DNA of 64,000 nucleotides from Octopus vulgaris (lineage: Eukaryota), in contig OX597838.1 in assembly GCA_951406725.2 (NCBI GenBank), positions 39,804,001 to 39,868,000 of the forward strand, given 5' to 3'. The position numbers and the translations under genes were made by a program. Positions 12,561 through 26,679 of this stretch are shown here, in pieces. The notes beneath the pieces are model-generated. The model made no database searches, had not been told where the DNA came from, and worked only from the letters and a program-made list of their open reading frames with translations. Numbering within the stretch: position 1 is the stretch's first letter; each line of letters starts with the position of its first letter.

Positions 12561-13673
12561 AGCGTGCAGCTGGTGAAACTTTCTGGGTACAAATGTACAA
12601 ATTGAAATGCAAAAGAACGAAATAATAAATGGATTTATTATTTGCAAACATGTTTTGACTGACCTAAATTATACACACGCACAAATACATTCATATATAT
12701 ATGTCTGGAGTTGTAGCTGTAATTCAAAAATGCCGTCTTGTCATATTCTTTGTGAGGTTTAATCTACCTGAGAACTATGTTAATGTTATGCATGCTTGTG
12801 GAGTACTCAGCCATTTGTGAGTTAATTTTATCCTCGTGTGGTAATGAAAACTGAACTTGACACCCAATATTTGCTGTGTCTGTGTATCTAGATACGAACT
12901 TTTCTTTGGATTTTTGTATCTACTATCGCACTTTCTTTCTAGTTCACTTCCTTTGTGCCCCTCTTCTCTTTTGATTTAACAATGTATATATGTATCTATG
13001 TATCTACTTCTCTTGTGATGTGATTAACATTGAAAAACACAAAACGAATTCCGTACCCACCCACTGTCTCTTTCATTCTCTCTTTCTCTTTCTCTCTTAC
13101 TTCCTCTCTATTCTCCTCTCTCTCGCTTTGCCACTTCTTTGAAGTAAGTGCGACGCACACAACAAGTACGTACAAAACAAAAAAAATAGCCTATTAATAT
13201 TATTGATGATTATTAATAGAGCAATAGGATACATACCGGCCCGTCTGGTGCAAAGTATGGATGAACATGGGTTTTGGCAGGTGAACGGAAATCATTAATT
13301 TATACACTACAAATGATCACGATATCTGAGACTATAAAACTCTTCAAGGCTTTAAGTTTTAACAGGTGGTGAGTGAAGCAAGATGCTGTCCTTCACAACC
13401 TTGCCACCAAGCAGGTGACCGGTCAAAATATATTCTCAATTAAAAAGAGAAAGAGATGAACATACATAAATGATAATGCGCACAACTAATAATTATATTT
13501 ATGGTGAGTCATAAAGATAAATAGCATAAAAGATGCCAACTTAAGATATAAGAACTTTGTTTTACGATGCGGTGAGGACTGATTTATGAGTCTATGAAAC
13601 AGCTGCGTTGTAGTTATATATACATGCATATATGTTTGTATATATTTATCATGTGTAAATTTATGTATGTACA

Positions 13674-13730
<57 letters not shown>

Positions 13731-13956
13731 ACTAACAAATATAGGATGAAGCCCCTTTCTCTACAGAAAAGAATTCCATCAGGAAGCGTGGCAGTATATT
13801 AAAAAAACCTTTACGGTTGAAATATGAACATTTTATAATAAAGGGCTAAAGAAGATATTTCTGAAGCCAATATACTGGTTATCCACTTATAATCCACTTG
13901 CTACACGAAACATTGAACTGAAAATCGGGCAACTAACCTTTAGAAAATTTAAATTT

Positions 13957-14028
13957 CGTTATCTCTATATTGAATCAATTTCGGAATTAATCCTATAAAG
14001 GATACGTTCTTCGTCAGTAGAACTTACG
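13957..14028 (-). ncRNA. Type I hammerhead ribozyme motif
   Basis: TTCTA-CTGACGA-[stem II with ATCCT/AGGAT]-GAAA-TTGATTCAA-TA-TAGAG: intact core, stem I TTCTA/TAGAG, near-palindromic stem III, AUA cleavage triplet. Confidence 0.7.
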
Positions 14029-14042
14029 ATGGAATATAAATA

Positions 14043-14532
<490 letters not shown>

Positions 14533-14649
14533 GCTTCTAAGTATGTATGTATGTATGTATGTATGTATGTATGTATGTATGTATGTATGAGTGTGTGAGT
14601 GTATGCCTGCTTGCATATGTGCATGTATGTATGTATAACTGAACAATTA

Positions 14650-14695
14650 TTCTGTGCTGATGAGGGGAAATAACCCGGAAATCTCGATACTAATA
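14650..14695 (+). ncRNA. Hammerhead-like motif, stems imperfect
   Basis: CTGATGA-GGGG-AAATAA-CCCG-GAAA-TCTCGATA; stem I weak. Confidence 0.4.
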
Positions 14696-14974
14696 TTGTT
14701 TTGAGCTGTGAGGGTGTGCTAAATGCCCTTGTTCGAAAATATAAGGACACAGATCGTGTCGTATAGTTAGCTGGAGACGATGTCTCCTTGGGCTAAATTA
14801 CAGCAACATTCGTCCTAAACCAGGACTGCCAATGTTATGTTGGAAGAAATCCCAGCACTGGTGGTATCTTCTACATGCAACACAGTCCTTTACCTACTCC
14901 ACTTCTTAGTAAATAGAGCCTGTCGTATTATCTTTAGAGTGGTGTCTGTTATGCATACTGAGCATCTTGTTAAT

Positions 14975-15335
14975 GTGGTGAGCTGGCAGAAGTGTTAGCA
15001 CGCCGGGCGAAATGCTTAGCGGTATTTCGTCTGCGGTTACGTTCTGAGTTCAAATTCCACTAAGGTCGACTTTGCCTTTCATCCTTTCGGGGTCGATAAA
15101 TTAAATACCAGTTACGCACTGGGGTCGATATAATCGACTTAATCCGTCTGTCTGTCCTTGTTTGTTTCCTCTGTTTTTAGCCCCTTGTGGGTAGTAAATA
15201 AACAAGTATTTCGTCTGTTGCAACGTTCTGAGTTTAAATTCCGCCGAGGTCGACTTTGCGTTTCATCCTTTCAGGTCGATGAAATAAGTACCAGTTCCCC
15301 ACAAAATTTTCGAGGCCTTGTGCCTAGAGTAGAAA
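14975..15335 (+). mobile_element. SINE family 2 composite (Tx1-tailed unit plus headless second unit with a different tail)
   Basis: Meta-domain-like gtcgactttgcctttcatcctttcggggtcgataaattaa; junction near 15205. Confidence 0.85.
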
Positions 15336-15352
15336 TAATAATAATAATTATT

Positions 15353-15387
<35 letters not shown>

Positions 15388-15699
15388 TATTATTATTGTT
15401 TGGAAAAATAGAACGTTTGTTCATGGCTCGTCAGTTTCCTTTAGAATATGTTTTATTATTTGGTATACGAATTATTGTTTAACTGTTTACTAGATAAGGT
15501 AGCTCGCTTTGCTTGCAGTTCACTGGTCTGGCGAAAACTTCGCTTTTGAAAGACGAATTTTGAAAATAATGATAAAATAACAACACAAGCACGACCTCCC
15601 CCACCGCTACCACCAATACAAAAATTAATACAACCAAAACATCGGCGTTCTTATTTCTAAACAAACTGGGTTTCGCTTCGCACAATTATGTCGTAGAAG

Positions 15700-16195
15700 G
15701 AAGGACGTTGACGTGTCTGAAAACAAGGTAAGCGATGCAAAAGCACACTTTACAAAGAGTGACAGAATAATATTTCTAAACACGCCAGAGGAAATAGAGG
15801 AAGACACTAAAAAAGTATTATATACAAATGGCACTACTCTGGAGGTTACAGGAGCAAACTTTAACAAAATAAAATCAGTGGGCCTACAGAGAGGTAGGTC
15901 CATACAGTCCAATAACGTCGTGGAACGCTGGACGTGAAGGCCGGTTAAATAGCTCGGGGTCTAGTTTGGTCTGCATCTCCTGGTGGAGAAAAGATAGTAC
16001 AAGGTAACGATCAGGGTGGCTAATGTCACTGAGAAATAGTGATTAAGCTGTCCCTGACAAGTCGGGCAAAGGTGGCGAATGCTTACGTCACTCCGTTATA
16101 TATTATCGTCTGACCCAGTTTACGCCTGACCAAACTTGAGCGCGCATTCTTCCGCTCTCTGTGGTAGGGCGGTGTTTCACTAATCAGGCGCTTCA
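15700..16195 (+). mobile_element. Internally deleted Tx1-like relic (probable ORF1 piece joined to post-RT ORF2 piece)
   Basis: LNTPEEIEE resembles ORF1 INIPEEILE; EVTGANFNKIKSVG and WT-GPVK-LGV match 39345-39730. Confidence 0.65.
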
Positions 16196-16807
16196 TTGTT
16201 TCTGCTTTCAGGCTCCACATTCAGGTTGTTTTTATTTCTAGGTCTAGGTATTTCGGCAGTTTATCTGTTTCTTTTAGAGATACAGAGATAGATTACCATC
16301 TGTCGGGACTGATATGTCGGTTAGAAGGCATTTATTTTCTTGGTTGTCCTTGAGAACAATATCTGGTGTATTAGACTTGATCTCACCTCTATCTGTGTAT
16401 AGTAGCATAAACTATACTTTGAATAAAATGGGAGGATAGTTAAATGTACTTTAAAGCAATAAAATTTAAGTCTAACAGGCGATATCCTTTATGGCTAAAA
16501 ATAGAAGAGCTACAACATAAAGTAATGAGATTCTACCCACCTCCTTTAATGCAGCTTACATTTGTCTAATACACTGGTTTCAAATTTGGGGACAAGGCAA
16601 GCAATTTTGAAGGAAGTACCAAGTAAAATACATCGACCACACCAGTGCTCCACTAGTAGTTATTCAATCAACCCCGAAAATCGAATTCGGTGGAATTTGA
16701 AATCAGAACGTAAAGACGGCCGAAATGCCGCAAGTATTTTGCGCAGCGCGCTAACGATTCTGTCATCTCGCCACCTTACATCTGTTTAATATATTAGGCT
16801 GTCAGAA

Positions 16808-17200
16808 GGCGGCAAACTGGCTGAATCGTTAGCGCGCCGGGCAAAATGCTTAGCGGTATTTCGTCTGCCGCTACGTTGTGAGTTCAAATTCCGCCGAGGT
16901 CGACTTTGCCTTTCATCCTTTCGGGGTCGATTAAATAAGTACCAGTTACGCACTGGTGTCGATGTAATTGACTTAATCTGTTTGTCTGTCCTTATTCGCC
17001 CCCTCTATGTGTAGCCCCTTGTGGGTAATAAAGAAATAGGTATTTCGTTCTTGTTTATGTTCTGAGTTCAAATTCCGCCGAGGTTGACTTTACCTCTCAT
17101 CATATCAAGGTTGATAAAACAAGTAGAAGTTGACCACAGGGGTCGATGTACTCGTTTGTAACCACCCCCCATAATTTCAGTTCTTGTGCATATAGTAGAG
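16808..17200 (+). mobile_element. SINE family 2 composite
   Basis: Tail aataaagaaata joined to ggtatttcg at 17039. Neighbouring copies at 16600-16775 (-) and 17222-17420 (+). Confidence 0.85.
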
Positions 17201-17583
17201 AAGGGTAGAAACGTAACATTGGGCGGCGAACTGGCAGAATCATTAGCATGCCGTGCAAAATACTTAGAGGCATTTCGTCTGCGTTTACGTTCTGAGTTCA
17301 AATTCCAGCGAAGTCGACTTTACCTTTCGTCTTTCGAAATCGATAGAATAAGTACCAGTTGATGTAATCAACTTAGCCCTCCTCTAAAATTGCTGTCCAT
17401 AAGCCAAAATTTGAAACGAATACATTAAGGTGTCAGATAATTTTTTTTATTGTTTTCCCCCTGCTTCTCACTTTTAAAAAGTGTAAAGATAAACGATAAA
17501 CCAAAGTGGCAAACAAAGAACAAGTCTATAAATAAACCTTAAACACTACGAAAGAAATATTAATTCGAATAACATTGTAAAGG

Positions 17584-17990
17584 AGGCGCAGGAGTGGCTG
17601 TGTGGTAAGTAGCTTGCTAACCAACCACATGGTTCCGGGTTCAGTCCCACTGCGTGGCATCTTGGGCAAGTGTCTTCTGCTATAGCCCTGGGCCGACCAA
17701 TGCCTTGTGAGTGGATTTGGTAGACGGAAACTGAAAGAAGCCTGTCGTATATATGTATATATATATATGTATGTGTGTGTTTGTGTGTCTGTGTTTGTCC
17801 CCCTAGCATTGCTTGACAACCGATGCTGGCGTGTTTACGTCCCCGTCACATAGCGGTTCGGCAAAAGAGACCGATAGAATAAGTAGTGGGCTTACAAAGA
17901 ATAAGTCCCGGGGTCGAGTTGTTCGACTAAAGGCGGTGCTCCAGCATGGCCGCAGTGAAATGACTGAAACAAGTAAAAGAGTAAAAAGAG
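17584..17990 (+). mobile_element. SINE family 1
   Basis: Near-complete copy. Confidence 0.88.
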
Positions 17991-18379
17991 AGATCAAAAT
18001 AGACAGGTGGGTTGGTTTGTGGGAGGGGAGGTGACTGGAAACGAACATATTTTTCTGACAACCTGATAGAACTGAAATCTATTCCAAAGCCTAGCAGCTT
18101 GGACCGCTCATTCACCTCCACCCGACCCCATCCTCTGTCATTATAAGTCCCTAAAGAGCTAGACATAGCAGCCATTTATTCTACACACTATACCATTGTC
18201 ATCTTAAGGACAACATGTCGCTATGCCTTAAGTTGGAGCAGGCCTGAATTTAACTAACCATCAGCCCCAGCACCACTACCACAAAAAACAGCAGCAGCAG
18301 CACCACACCACCACCGCCACCATCACCACCAAAAACAATAATAATTACAACAACAACAGCTGCAAGTATGAAATCCACT

Positions 18380-18422
<43 letters not shown>

Positions 18423-18668
18423 TTGCGGGCTTAAGAATCGTTGTTATAATAAAGCACCTGCAAGCATTGTAACTATTAGTTACTATTGTAATTATGATGG
18501 GTGTAAGGGGGGATAACTCTAAATACTTTGCACAAGTTGTAGTACGAATCGAGCTATCATCGACAAACCATAACTTATGAACTAAGTCTTTCCAGTAATG
18601 ACCATCCTGTCGTATTTTCAGACATATTACATCTAGGACTTTACCATCTAATAAGTCTTTTCTTTTTC

Positions 18669-18717
<49 letters not shown>

Positions 18718-18849
18718 GGAAGTATTAAAGCGTCGGACGGATTGCTTGGTAGCATACTTACCAATTATTTGCCTTCATAAAAGTCTAAATCATCTTTGAA
18801 TTTTGCTATTTTGGGGTTCTTAAATGAAATGACCAGTCCTGGAGGTGAT

Positions 18850-19260
18850 TCTTCCTCTCCTCCACCTCCACCTCCTCCTCCTCATTCTTCTTCTTCTTCT
18901 TCTTCACCTCCTTCTCTTTTTCTTTCCTCTTCTTCTTCTTCTTCTTCTTCTTCTTCTTCTTCTTCTTCTTTTCACCTCCTTCTCTTTTTCTCTTCTTCTT
19001 CTTCTTCTTCTTCTCTTCTCCTTTTTCTTCTTCTCCTCCTACCCCTCCACCTCCTTCTTTTCTTTTTCTTTCTTCTACTTCTTTTTCTTCTTCTTCTTCT
19101 TGTTCTTCTTCACCTCCACCTCCTCCTCCTCCTCCTCCTCCCCTCCTTTACTGTTTCTTTCTTCTTCTTCTCCTTCTTCTTCACCTCCTCCTCCTCCTCC
19201 TCCTCCTCCTTTTCTGTTTCTTTCTTCTTCTTCTTTTTCTTCTTCTTCCCCTCCTCCCTG
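18850..19260. repeat. (TTC/CTC)n polypyrimidine tract
   Basis: About 400 bp almost purely pyrimidine. Confidence 0.9.
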
Positions 19261-19824
19261 TCTCACCTCGTGCTCTTCCGTCTCTCACAAAGAACAGAAA
19301 GGACGCATTGAACAGCAACATGGTCGCGGATATAAAAGAAATGTGATGGCTGTGATAACAGAACGCCTGTTTTGCATGGTTTCACCGTTGAACGACCACA
19401 TACACAATAACAGAAATATAAACACAACGACAATTTGCAAGGAATAATGTCAAATTTTATTTGTAGCAAAAACAAAAAAACATCATCCTTTGGTGCATAG
19501 GATCTGTTTAGGTCACTGATGATGTAAAACAATAGGAGACTGGATCTAGGGAAGCGTGGCAGGGTTCCAAATCAGCGGGAATAAATTAAAGGATCAGAAA
19601 AAAAACCAAGTCATGTGAAGCTTATCAGATCGTTTTGAATATTTTAATTATAGTAAAGGTGACTGAAATTTTCATTCGCATTTACCTTAATTAAAATATT
19701 CACAATGATCTGATGAGCTTCTCCTGTTTTGTTTTGTTTTTTCCTCCTTTAAATTATATATGTAATTAATATTAATATTAGGGAAGTTATTTCCGAGTCC
19801 ACAGGGGAAAGAAAAATTTAGTAC

Positions 19825-19885
<61 letters not shown>

Positions 19886-20177
19886 GAAAGAAGATTTGAA
19901 AATGCAATTTTCAAGATGTTAAAATATCATTTTCAAACCTTCTTTCATATATATTTCCACACGTGCGGTACCTTATAACTTTACTATGTTATATATAGAA
20001 ATATACATATTACAAACATGAACATATATTCACAAACTTATATGTATAACTATATTTATCCATGCATATACATACACACACAAAAACACATGTATATATG
20101 AATATATATGCATATGTATGTATATATATATATTTATATACATATACATGAATATACATACAAATACATACATACAT

Positions 20178-20273
<96 letters not shown>

Positions 20274-20452
20274 ATATACATATACACACACATATATAAA
20301 TGTATATGCGTATATATATACACACACAGAGGGTATTTGTGTTCGTATATATGACTGGGCGCGTATGTGATTAAAAGCACTAATCAAATAGATGCTACAG
20401 GCTGTATTATTATTATTATTGTTGTTGTTGTTGTTGTTGTTGCTGCTGCTGC

Positions 20453-20484
<32 letters not shown>

Positions 20485-20676
20485 TTATTATTATTATTAT
20501 TATGATTATTGCTGTTGTTGCTTTGTTGTTGATGATGTTTTTTTCTTGTTTTTGGCGTTGTTATTGGTGACACACGGCACAAAAGCCTAAAAACCAAAGC
20601 AAGGACAATATTAATGAACCTTTGACCAAAAAGTTGTCCCCGAAATTTACATAACATATTATTCAATACATTCTCT

Positions 20677-20782
20677 TTAATTCGTCAATGATTCTCCAGC
20701 TTTGGCGTTGATCCATGCTGTCAACTTAGGCGCGTTTTCCGAAGTGCATTTTGAAGATATCTTACCAATATTTTCCCATAAC
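20677..20782 (-). CDS. Stanniocalcin-like gene B, exon 4 (last coding exon)
   Basis: Acceptor ttttcttttgcgttgcag, phase 2; (A)LWENIGKISSKCTSENAPKLTAWINAKAGESLTN-TAA; supplies the tenth Cys. The four exons sum to 600 nt in frame. Confidence 0.85.
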
Positions 20783-20879
20783 CTGCAACGCAAAAGAAAA
20801 AAAGAAATATTGGGGTCTTTTTGAATCACACACAAGCAAATTAAAATTTTTCTGTTGTTCGTGTGCTTGTTTTAGTACC

Positions 20880-21292
20880 TATTTCATTATTACCCACAAG
20901 GGGCTAAACACAGAGGGGACAAACAAGGACAGAAATAGGTATTAAGTCGATTACATCGACCCCAGTGCGTAACTGGTACTTAATTTATCGACGCCGAAAG
21001 GATGAAAGGCAAAGTCGACCTCGGCGGAATTTGAACTCACAACGTAACGCAGACGAAATACCTATTTCATTATTACCCACAAGGGGCTAAACACAGAGGA
21101 GATAAACAAGGACAGACATAGGTATTAAGTCGATTACATCGACCCCAGTGCGTAACTGTTACTTAATTTATCGACGCCGAAAGGATGAAAGGCAAAGTCG
21201 ACCTCAGCGGAATTTGAACTCACAACGTAACGCAGACGAAATACCGCTAGGCATTTCGCCCGGTATGCTAACGATGCTGCCAGCTCACCGCC
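20880..21292 (-). mobile_element. SINE family 2 composite with 16-bp TSD
   Basis: TSD tgcttgttttagtacc at 20864-20879 and 21293-21308; internal junction at 21062. Confidence 0.9.
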
Positions 21293-21623
21293 TGCTTGTT
21301 TTAGTACCGACTCAGTACAAACATTAACAGACCTGACATATGATCGGAGACATTTCAAACATGGTTGCCATGTCTAATTTTCAGCAAAAAGGTATCTCCA
21401 GACTACATTATTGTCATTTGACTGCGGCCATGCTGCAGCACCGCCTTTAGTCGAGCGAATCGACCCCAGGACTTATTATTTGTAAGCCTAGTACTTATTC
21501 TATCAGTCTCTTTTGCCGAAACGCTAAGTTACGGAGACGTAAACACACCAGCATCGGTTGTCAAGCGATGTTGGGGGAACAAACACAGACACACACACAG
21601 GCACACACACACACATACATGCA

Positions 21624-21658
<35 letters not shown>

Positions 21659-22056
21659 GTTTAAATATTTGTTGGGCAAGATTTTTTATGTGAAGTCGTG
21701 TGTTGAAACAGATATTGTTATATAACAATATAACACATCCAATTCAGATACACGTACATACATCTTTCACTGTCTCCTATCTTTCACTTTTTCTCTCACT
21801 TCAAAGCAAATGTCTCCTTTTCACTTTCTCCTGTCTTTCAATTTCTTCTCTTTTCAAGCATAAAGAAATTAGATATTTTTTACGGAAATTAACGAACAAT
21901 CATAAGATCCTGTATGATCGACCATGTGAACGATTTGACAACTTTGATGCTTCAAACGAAAGAATTCCATAAAATAAATTCTTTTGGCAAACACACGCGC
22001 GCACACACACATATACATTCATACACACACGCACACACACATATACATTCACACAC

Positions 22057-22101
<45 letters not shown>

Positions 22102-22359
22102 AGGTAAAGCTTCTGTACGAATTATGTTATTTGTTGCTGTGTGCACGAGCAAAATTACAGCTAAAATCAAATTGAAATTACCATTTTATGCTCCTCAATT
22201 TGTGTTTGTGATGAGCGAATTTATAAACCTGATCTTCCATATAAACTTAAAGGGAAGGTTACCCAGAAATCCTGTTGTTTCCAGGATGTCCAAGGTGACA
22301 TTTGTGCCCCTACCTTATTTTTTTCCTAAATTTCTTCCGATTCCAATGCCTTTGATACA

Positions 22360-22985
22360 GGAGATTTCACCCCCAAAACACGTTCTTAACATTTTAATTT
22401 TCTCCCTCCCCACCCCATTTTTTTCATTTTCATATCAATTTTTTTCTTGGTAACCCACGGAGAAAAAAACAGAGTACGAATCTTTAAGAATTTTCATCTT
22501 CCTTTTTCCTAAATAAAATCACTAAAATCTCCTTCGCAAACAACTACCCATCACCCTCCCACTTTCAAAAAGGTACACACTCCCTGTGTTTCACTTTTAA
22601 CCTTTTGGAAAGCAGGGAAGTTTCTTCAGAAATAATGTCGTTTACCTGTTGATTCTAGCATGTTGGATTTTCTGGTGGTAATCTGGTATTTTTTGCGCCT
22701 GCTATTTCAGTACAATTCTATGCAAGCGTGAAGCATCAGACAAATGTGCAACATTGGAAAGTTTTAGCTTTCTGAAAGCGGGTAGGTGATGGGTAGGCGT
22801 GTGGGGTATTGAGTGTTTCTTAGAGAAAATATAAACTTAAAAGAAATATGTATATTTCCCAGATTCCTAGTCGCAGTGTTTTTCTAAGGGGATAAAAAAA
22901 TCGAAAAGAAGTTACAAATTCAGAAATTGTTGTGGGAACGGGGAGAAATAAACATTTTGAAAACGTGATTTCTGGGTAAAATCGT
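22360..22985. mobile_element. Diverged fold-back or MITE-like element
   Basis: Imperfect inverted arms, e.g. ctacccatcaccctcccactttcaaaaag versus ctttctgaaagcgggtaggtgatgggtag. Confidence 0.5.
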
Positions 22986-23520
22986 ATAAACCCTGTTTTA
23001 TACGATGAAACAATACATAGTTTGTGATCCTTCTTAAGAACAGAAGCGCTTTCGCGCTAACCCATTTCACTTTTAAAACTCACTTTACTTTTAAACCCAC
23101 TTCATTTTTAAACAAACATTTTAAAACCCACTTCACTTTTAAACAAACAATACCTTCCATTACTCCAGTAATCCAGTTCACTATATATCAGCTGTGCCGA
23201 TTCTGCCCATAAGTAAGGAACGAATAATGCAATGTGTTTGTAGGTCATAACAGCTGGGCAACGCCGGAATGCATTGCTGGTATATAAGATGGCCATTCAA
23301 AGCTATGAAATGACTATGAAATTCAATCTAGCAAAACTTGACAGTGGAAAAATGGTTCCTCACAAACATCACTAACAACAACAACGACGACGATGACAAC
23401 AACAACAACTACAACAACTACAACGGCAGCTGCAGCAACAGCAGAAACAATGTCGACGACTGTAATAACGATAAAAGCTAAGAAAACAACGATGGAAACA
23501 GATGTACGCGAAATACTTAC

Positions 23521-23747
23521 GCTTTATAATGCTGTGATTTTGATTTCTCTATGGGCCGTTTAAAAATCTGCCACAGTCCCTCGCGATTATCCCAGCCGAC
23601 TTCACAAAAATCGTTTTTCATGTAACAAGTGTGTTGTATAGCCAGGGTTTTTTCGAGGATAGAATTACAATCGAGTGTATCAGATTTGTACATATCAGTG
23701 AGTTCATTCATGAAACATCCAATTATTGAATTGATCCAAATTTTCCC
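23521..23747 (-). CDS. Stanniocalcin-like gene B, exon 3
   Basis: Acceptor ctaactttacag and donor GTAAGT; 227 nt, phase 0 to 2; GKIWINSIIGCFMNELTDMYKSDTLDCNSILEKTLAIQHTCYMKNDFCEVGWDNREGLWQIFKRPIEKSKSQHYK, resembling STC1 GKAFVKESLKC...C...QEECYSKLNVC. Confidence 0.9.
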
Positions 23748-23862
23748 CTGTAAAGTTAGGAAGTTTTTGAGTGAAAAATGAAATTAGTTTATGAGCGGTT
23801 ATTCTTGTGGTTTTCTTTTCTGACGATTAATACGGATCATTATGGAAAACTAATCGTATCTT

Positions 23863-24277
23863 TACTCTTTACTCTTTTACTTGTTTCAGTCATTTGACTG
23901 CGGCCATGCTGGAGCACCGCCTTTTTTTAGTCGAGCAAATCGACCCCGGGACTTATTCTTTGTAAGCCCAGTACTTATTCTATCGGTCTCTTTTGCCGAA
24001 CCGCTAAGTGACGGGGACGTAAACACACCAGCATCGGTTGTCAAGCAATGCTAGGGGGGGGGACAAACACAGACACACAAACATATACACACACACTTAT
24101 ATATATATATATACATATATACGACAGGCTTCTTTCAGTTTCCGTCTACCAAATCCACTCACAAGGCATTGGTCGGCCCGGGGCTATAGCAGAAAACACT
24201 TGCCCAAGATGCCACGCAGTGGGACTGAACCCGGAACCATGTGGTTGGTTAGCAAGCTACTTACCACACAGCTACTC
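23863..24277 (-). mobile_element. SINE family 1
   Basis: Near-complete copy. Confidence 0.88.
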
Positions 24278-24641
24278 ATATGCTAATCATTATTATGTTA
24301 TTTAAAAGCAGATGTGAAACATGTATGAATGAGATATTAATTAGAAAAAGAGACATAGAAATGAAAAACTCAGAAAAGTAAATGAATCTAAACGCGCTCA
24401 CACACCTACACACACATATCACAGATAAATTAGCAATCAATTGTAATGTTGGTTAGAATCCAGTTATCTCAACAATCAGGACGCCCTAAAAGGGTCGAAT
24501 CCCAACACGTACATAAACGTTCATATAGATACATACATTTATACGAATATGTATATACACACACATAGGTTATTGATATAATGCAAGTTATAGATCCAAC
24601 ATAAGGATGATTCAAGGGTTTATATATAAAAAAAAACAAGT

Positions 24642-25060
24642 GGCGCAGGAGTGCCTGTGTGGTAAGTAGCTTGCTAACCAACCACATGGTTCCGGGTTCA
24701 GTCCCACTGCGTGGCATCTTGGGCAAGTGTCTTCTGCTATAGCCCCGGGCCGACCAATGCCATGTGAGTGGATTTGGTAGACGGAAACTGAAAGAAGCCT
24801 GTCGTATATATGTATATATATGTGTGTGTGTGCGTGTATGTTTGTGTGTCTGTCTTTGTCCCTCTAGCATTGCTTGACAACCGATGCTGGTGTGTTTACG
24901 TCCCCGTCACTTAGCGGTTCGGCAAAAGAGACTGATAGCATAAGTACTGGGCTTACAAAAGAATAAGTCCCGGGGTCGAGTTGCTCGATTAAAGGCGGTG
25001 CTCCAGCATGGCCAAAGTCAAATGACTGAAACAAGTAAAAGAGTAAAAGTGTAAAAGAGT
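24642..25060 (+). mobile_element. SINE family 1
   Basis: Near-complete copy, head-to-head with 23863-24277. Confidence 0.88.
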
Positions 25061-25197
25061 AAGTGGAGTTTAAAAATTCACAACATCTGTTTCAGCAACA
25101 TTTCGAATTGGTTATTGCAATTATATCGCGGAAAAATCCGCAATCATCAGGTGATTTTAAACATGGGCAGGAAGAGAAAATTTATACAGACCCACTA

Positions 25198-25630
25198 GAT
25201 TTTTTCGGTTTGAAAGGCAGTTTTTCTAGCGGTGTCATATGAAATTGTCACCCATAATTATGACCCTAGAATCGATCTATTGCATTTCAATCTGTTTTAG
25301 GGTTAGAGTTAGTCAGGGTTATTGTTAGGAATGGGTGGAAGGTTATCTTTTTTTTTTCTTCAGAAATGTAAATAAACACAATCTGTTTCTTAAACGAGGG
25401 ACATATTCATACGGCACAGAATGTTTTTACCTCAATAGACGTCAGTGATTGGTTGAAATTGCAGAAATTGAAGAAAAAAAAACAACAAATATCTTAGAAA
25501 CTATAGAATTTTCTCTATAAAGCCAAGAGAAAAAGATGTTTTATAAACACATTCTACCAGTATACGAAGTTTAAAATTTTTTAGTTACCTAGAAATTATG
25601 TTAAAAACTGCCGTTCAAACCGAAACGATC
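25198..25630. mobile_element. MITE with about 28-bp TIRs and internal TTAGGG-like repeats
   Basis: gattttttcggtttgaaaggcagttttt / aaaaactgccgttcaaaccgaaacgatc; ttagggttagagttag near 25298. Confidence 0.7.
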
Positions 25631-26572
25631 CGATCCACTTTGCTAAGCCATTAGCAATGCAGAATTGAAGAACCGTTGAAAATTTAAATGACTGTCGGCG
25701 ATTGACTTACGGCAGAGATTAAAGGCAACAACATTTTTATAGATCGCTCTCATAATTAATTATGCACCTAATGAGGACTGGGGTAGGCAATAAAGGATGA
25801 GAAGAAGATAGAGAAAGGAAAATAAAGAATATTATAGAGGAGGAAAGGGAAAGAAAGTTCATCATGGCGTCTAAATCTTTGTGCCATTCAAGTGATTACC
25901 GCAACTGGAGCCTTCGTTATCACACACACATCAACATAGATTTATACACATCTAAACAATATATTGCTTCATACATCTTCATACACGCGAATATATACAC
26001 CTAAAAATCCATAAATACGTAAGTACACATACTTATAGAGACAACCACACCCACACATAAACACACACAAACACATAAACATACACACATACACACACAT
26101 ATATACATACACTCAGATATACATACAAACACGCTCATATGTGTGTGTGTGTGTGGGGGGTGATATGTCCTAAAATAAGCACACTCTAAAGGACTGAGCA
26201 GTTAATTATATGTCCGGTCATAAAGTAACCAATGGGTTAGCATCCATAAAGCGTTAAGTTTCATGGACGGCTCGTCAGACACAAATGGCAGATGGTATAT
26301 ATCCCTTTTCAAACAGAAAAGGGAAATGTTATGGTCAATTAATTTGTTAACAAAAGCTAAAATACCGTTTGAGACTTGTCCGAGTTATTTCACTGAGACA
26401 AGTTCAGATGGCAAAATTTATGATCTGAAGTGGCGAAAGGGGAATCTCCGCCCTTAGGCAGTTTCAAGTTTGCGGGGACATTTTTCGTCTCAAATCAACG
26501 TATGGGGAATGCCACACCCGTAGTATGTAGCGTTTGAGATGAAGGCATGGGCTATAAATCTCGTTTCTAGAA

Positions 26573-26625
<53 letters not shown>

Positions 26626-26632
26626 TACACAG

Positions 26633-26679
<47 letters not shown>

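Larger units (their letters stand above)
19445..21415 (+). repeat. Segmental-duplication block paralogous to about 61695-63312
   Basis: Shared caaattttatttgtagcaaa, exon 4 and intron flanks; SINE insertions differ between copies. Confidence 0.88.

Noticed and set aside
17584-17660. tRNA gene at SINE heads (also 47050, 62833)
   Set aside because: Only A/B-box similarity, no convincing cloverleaf, and each continues into a multicopy SINE body.
18796-19447. Ser/Leu/Phe-rich ORFs as membrane proteins
   Set aside because: Derived from a TTC/CTC low-complexity tract.
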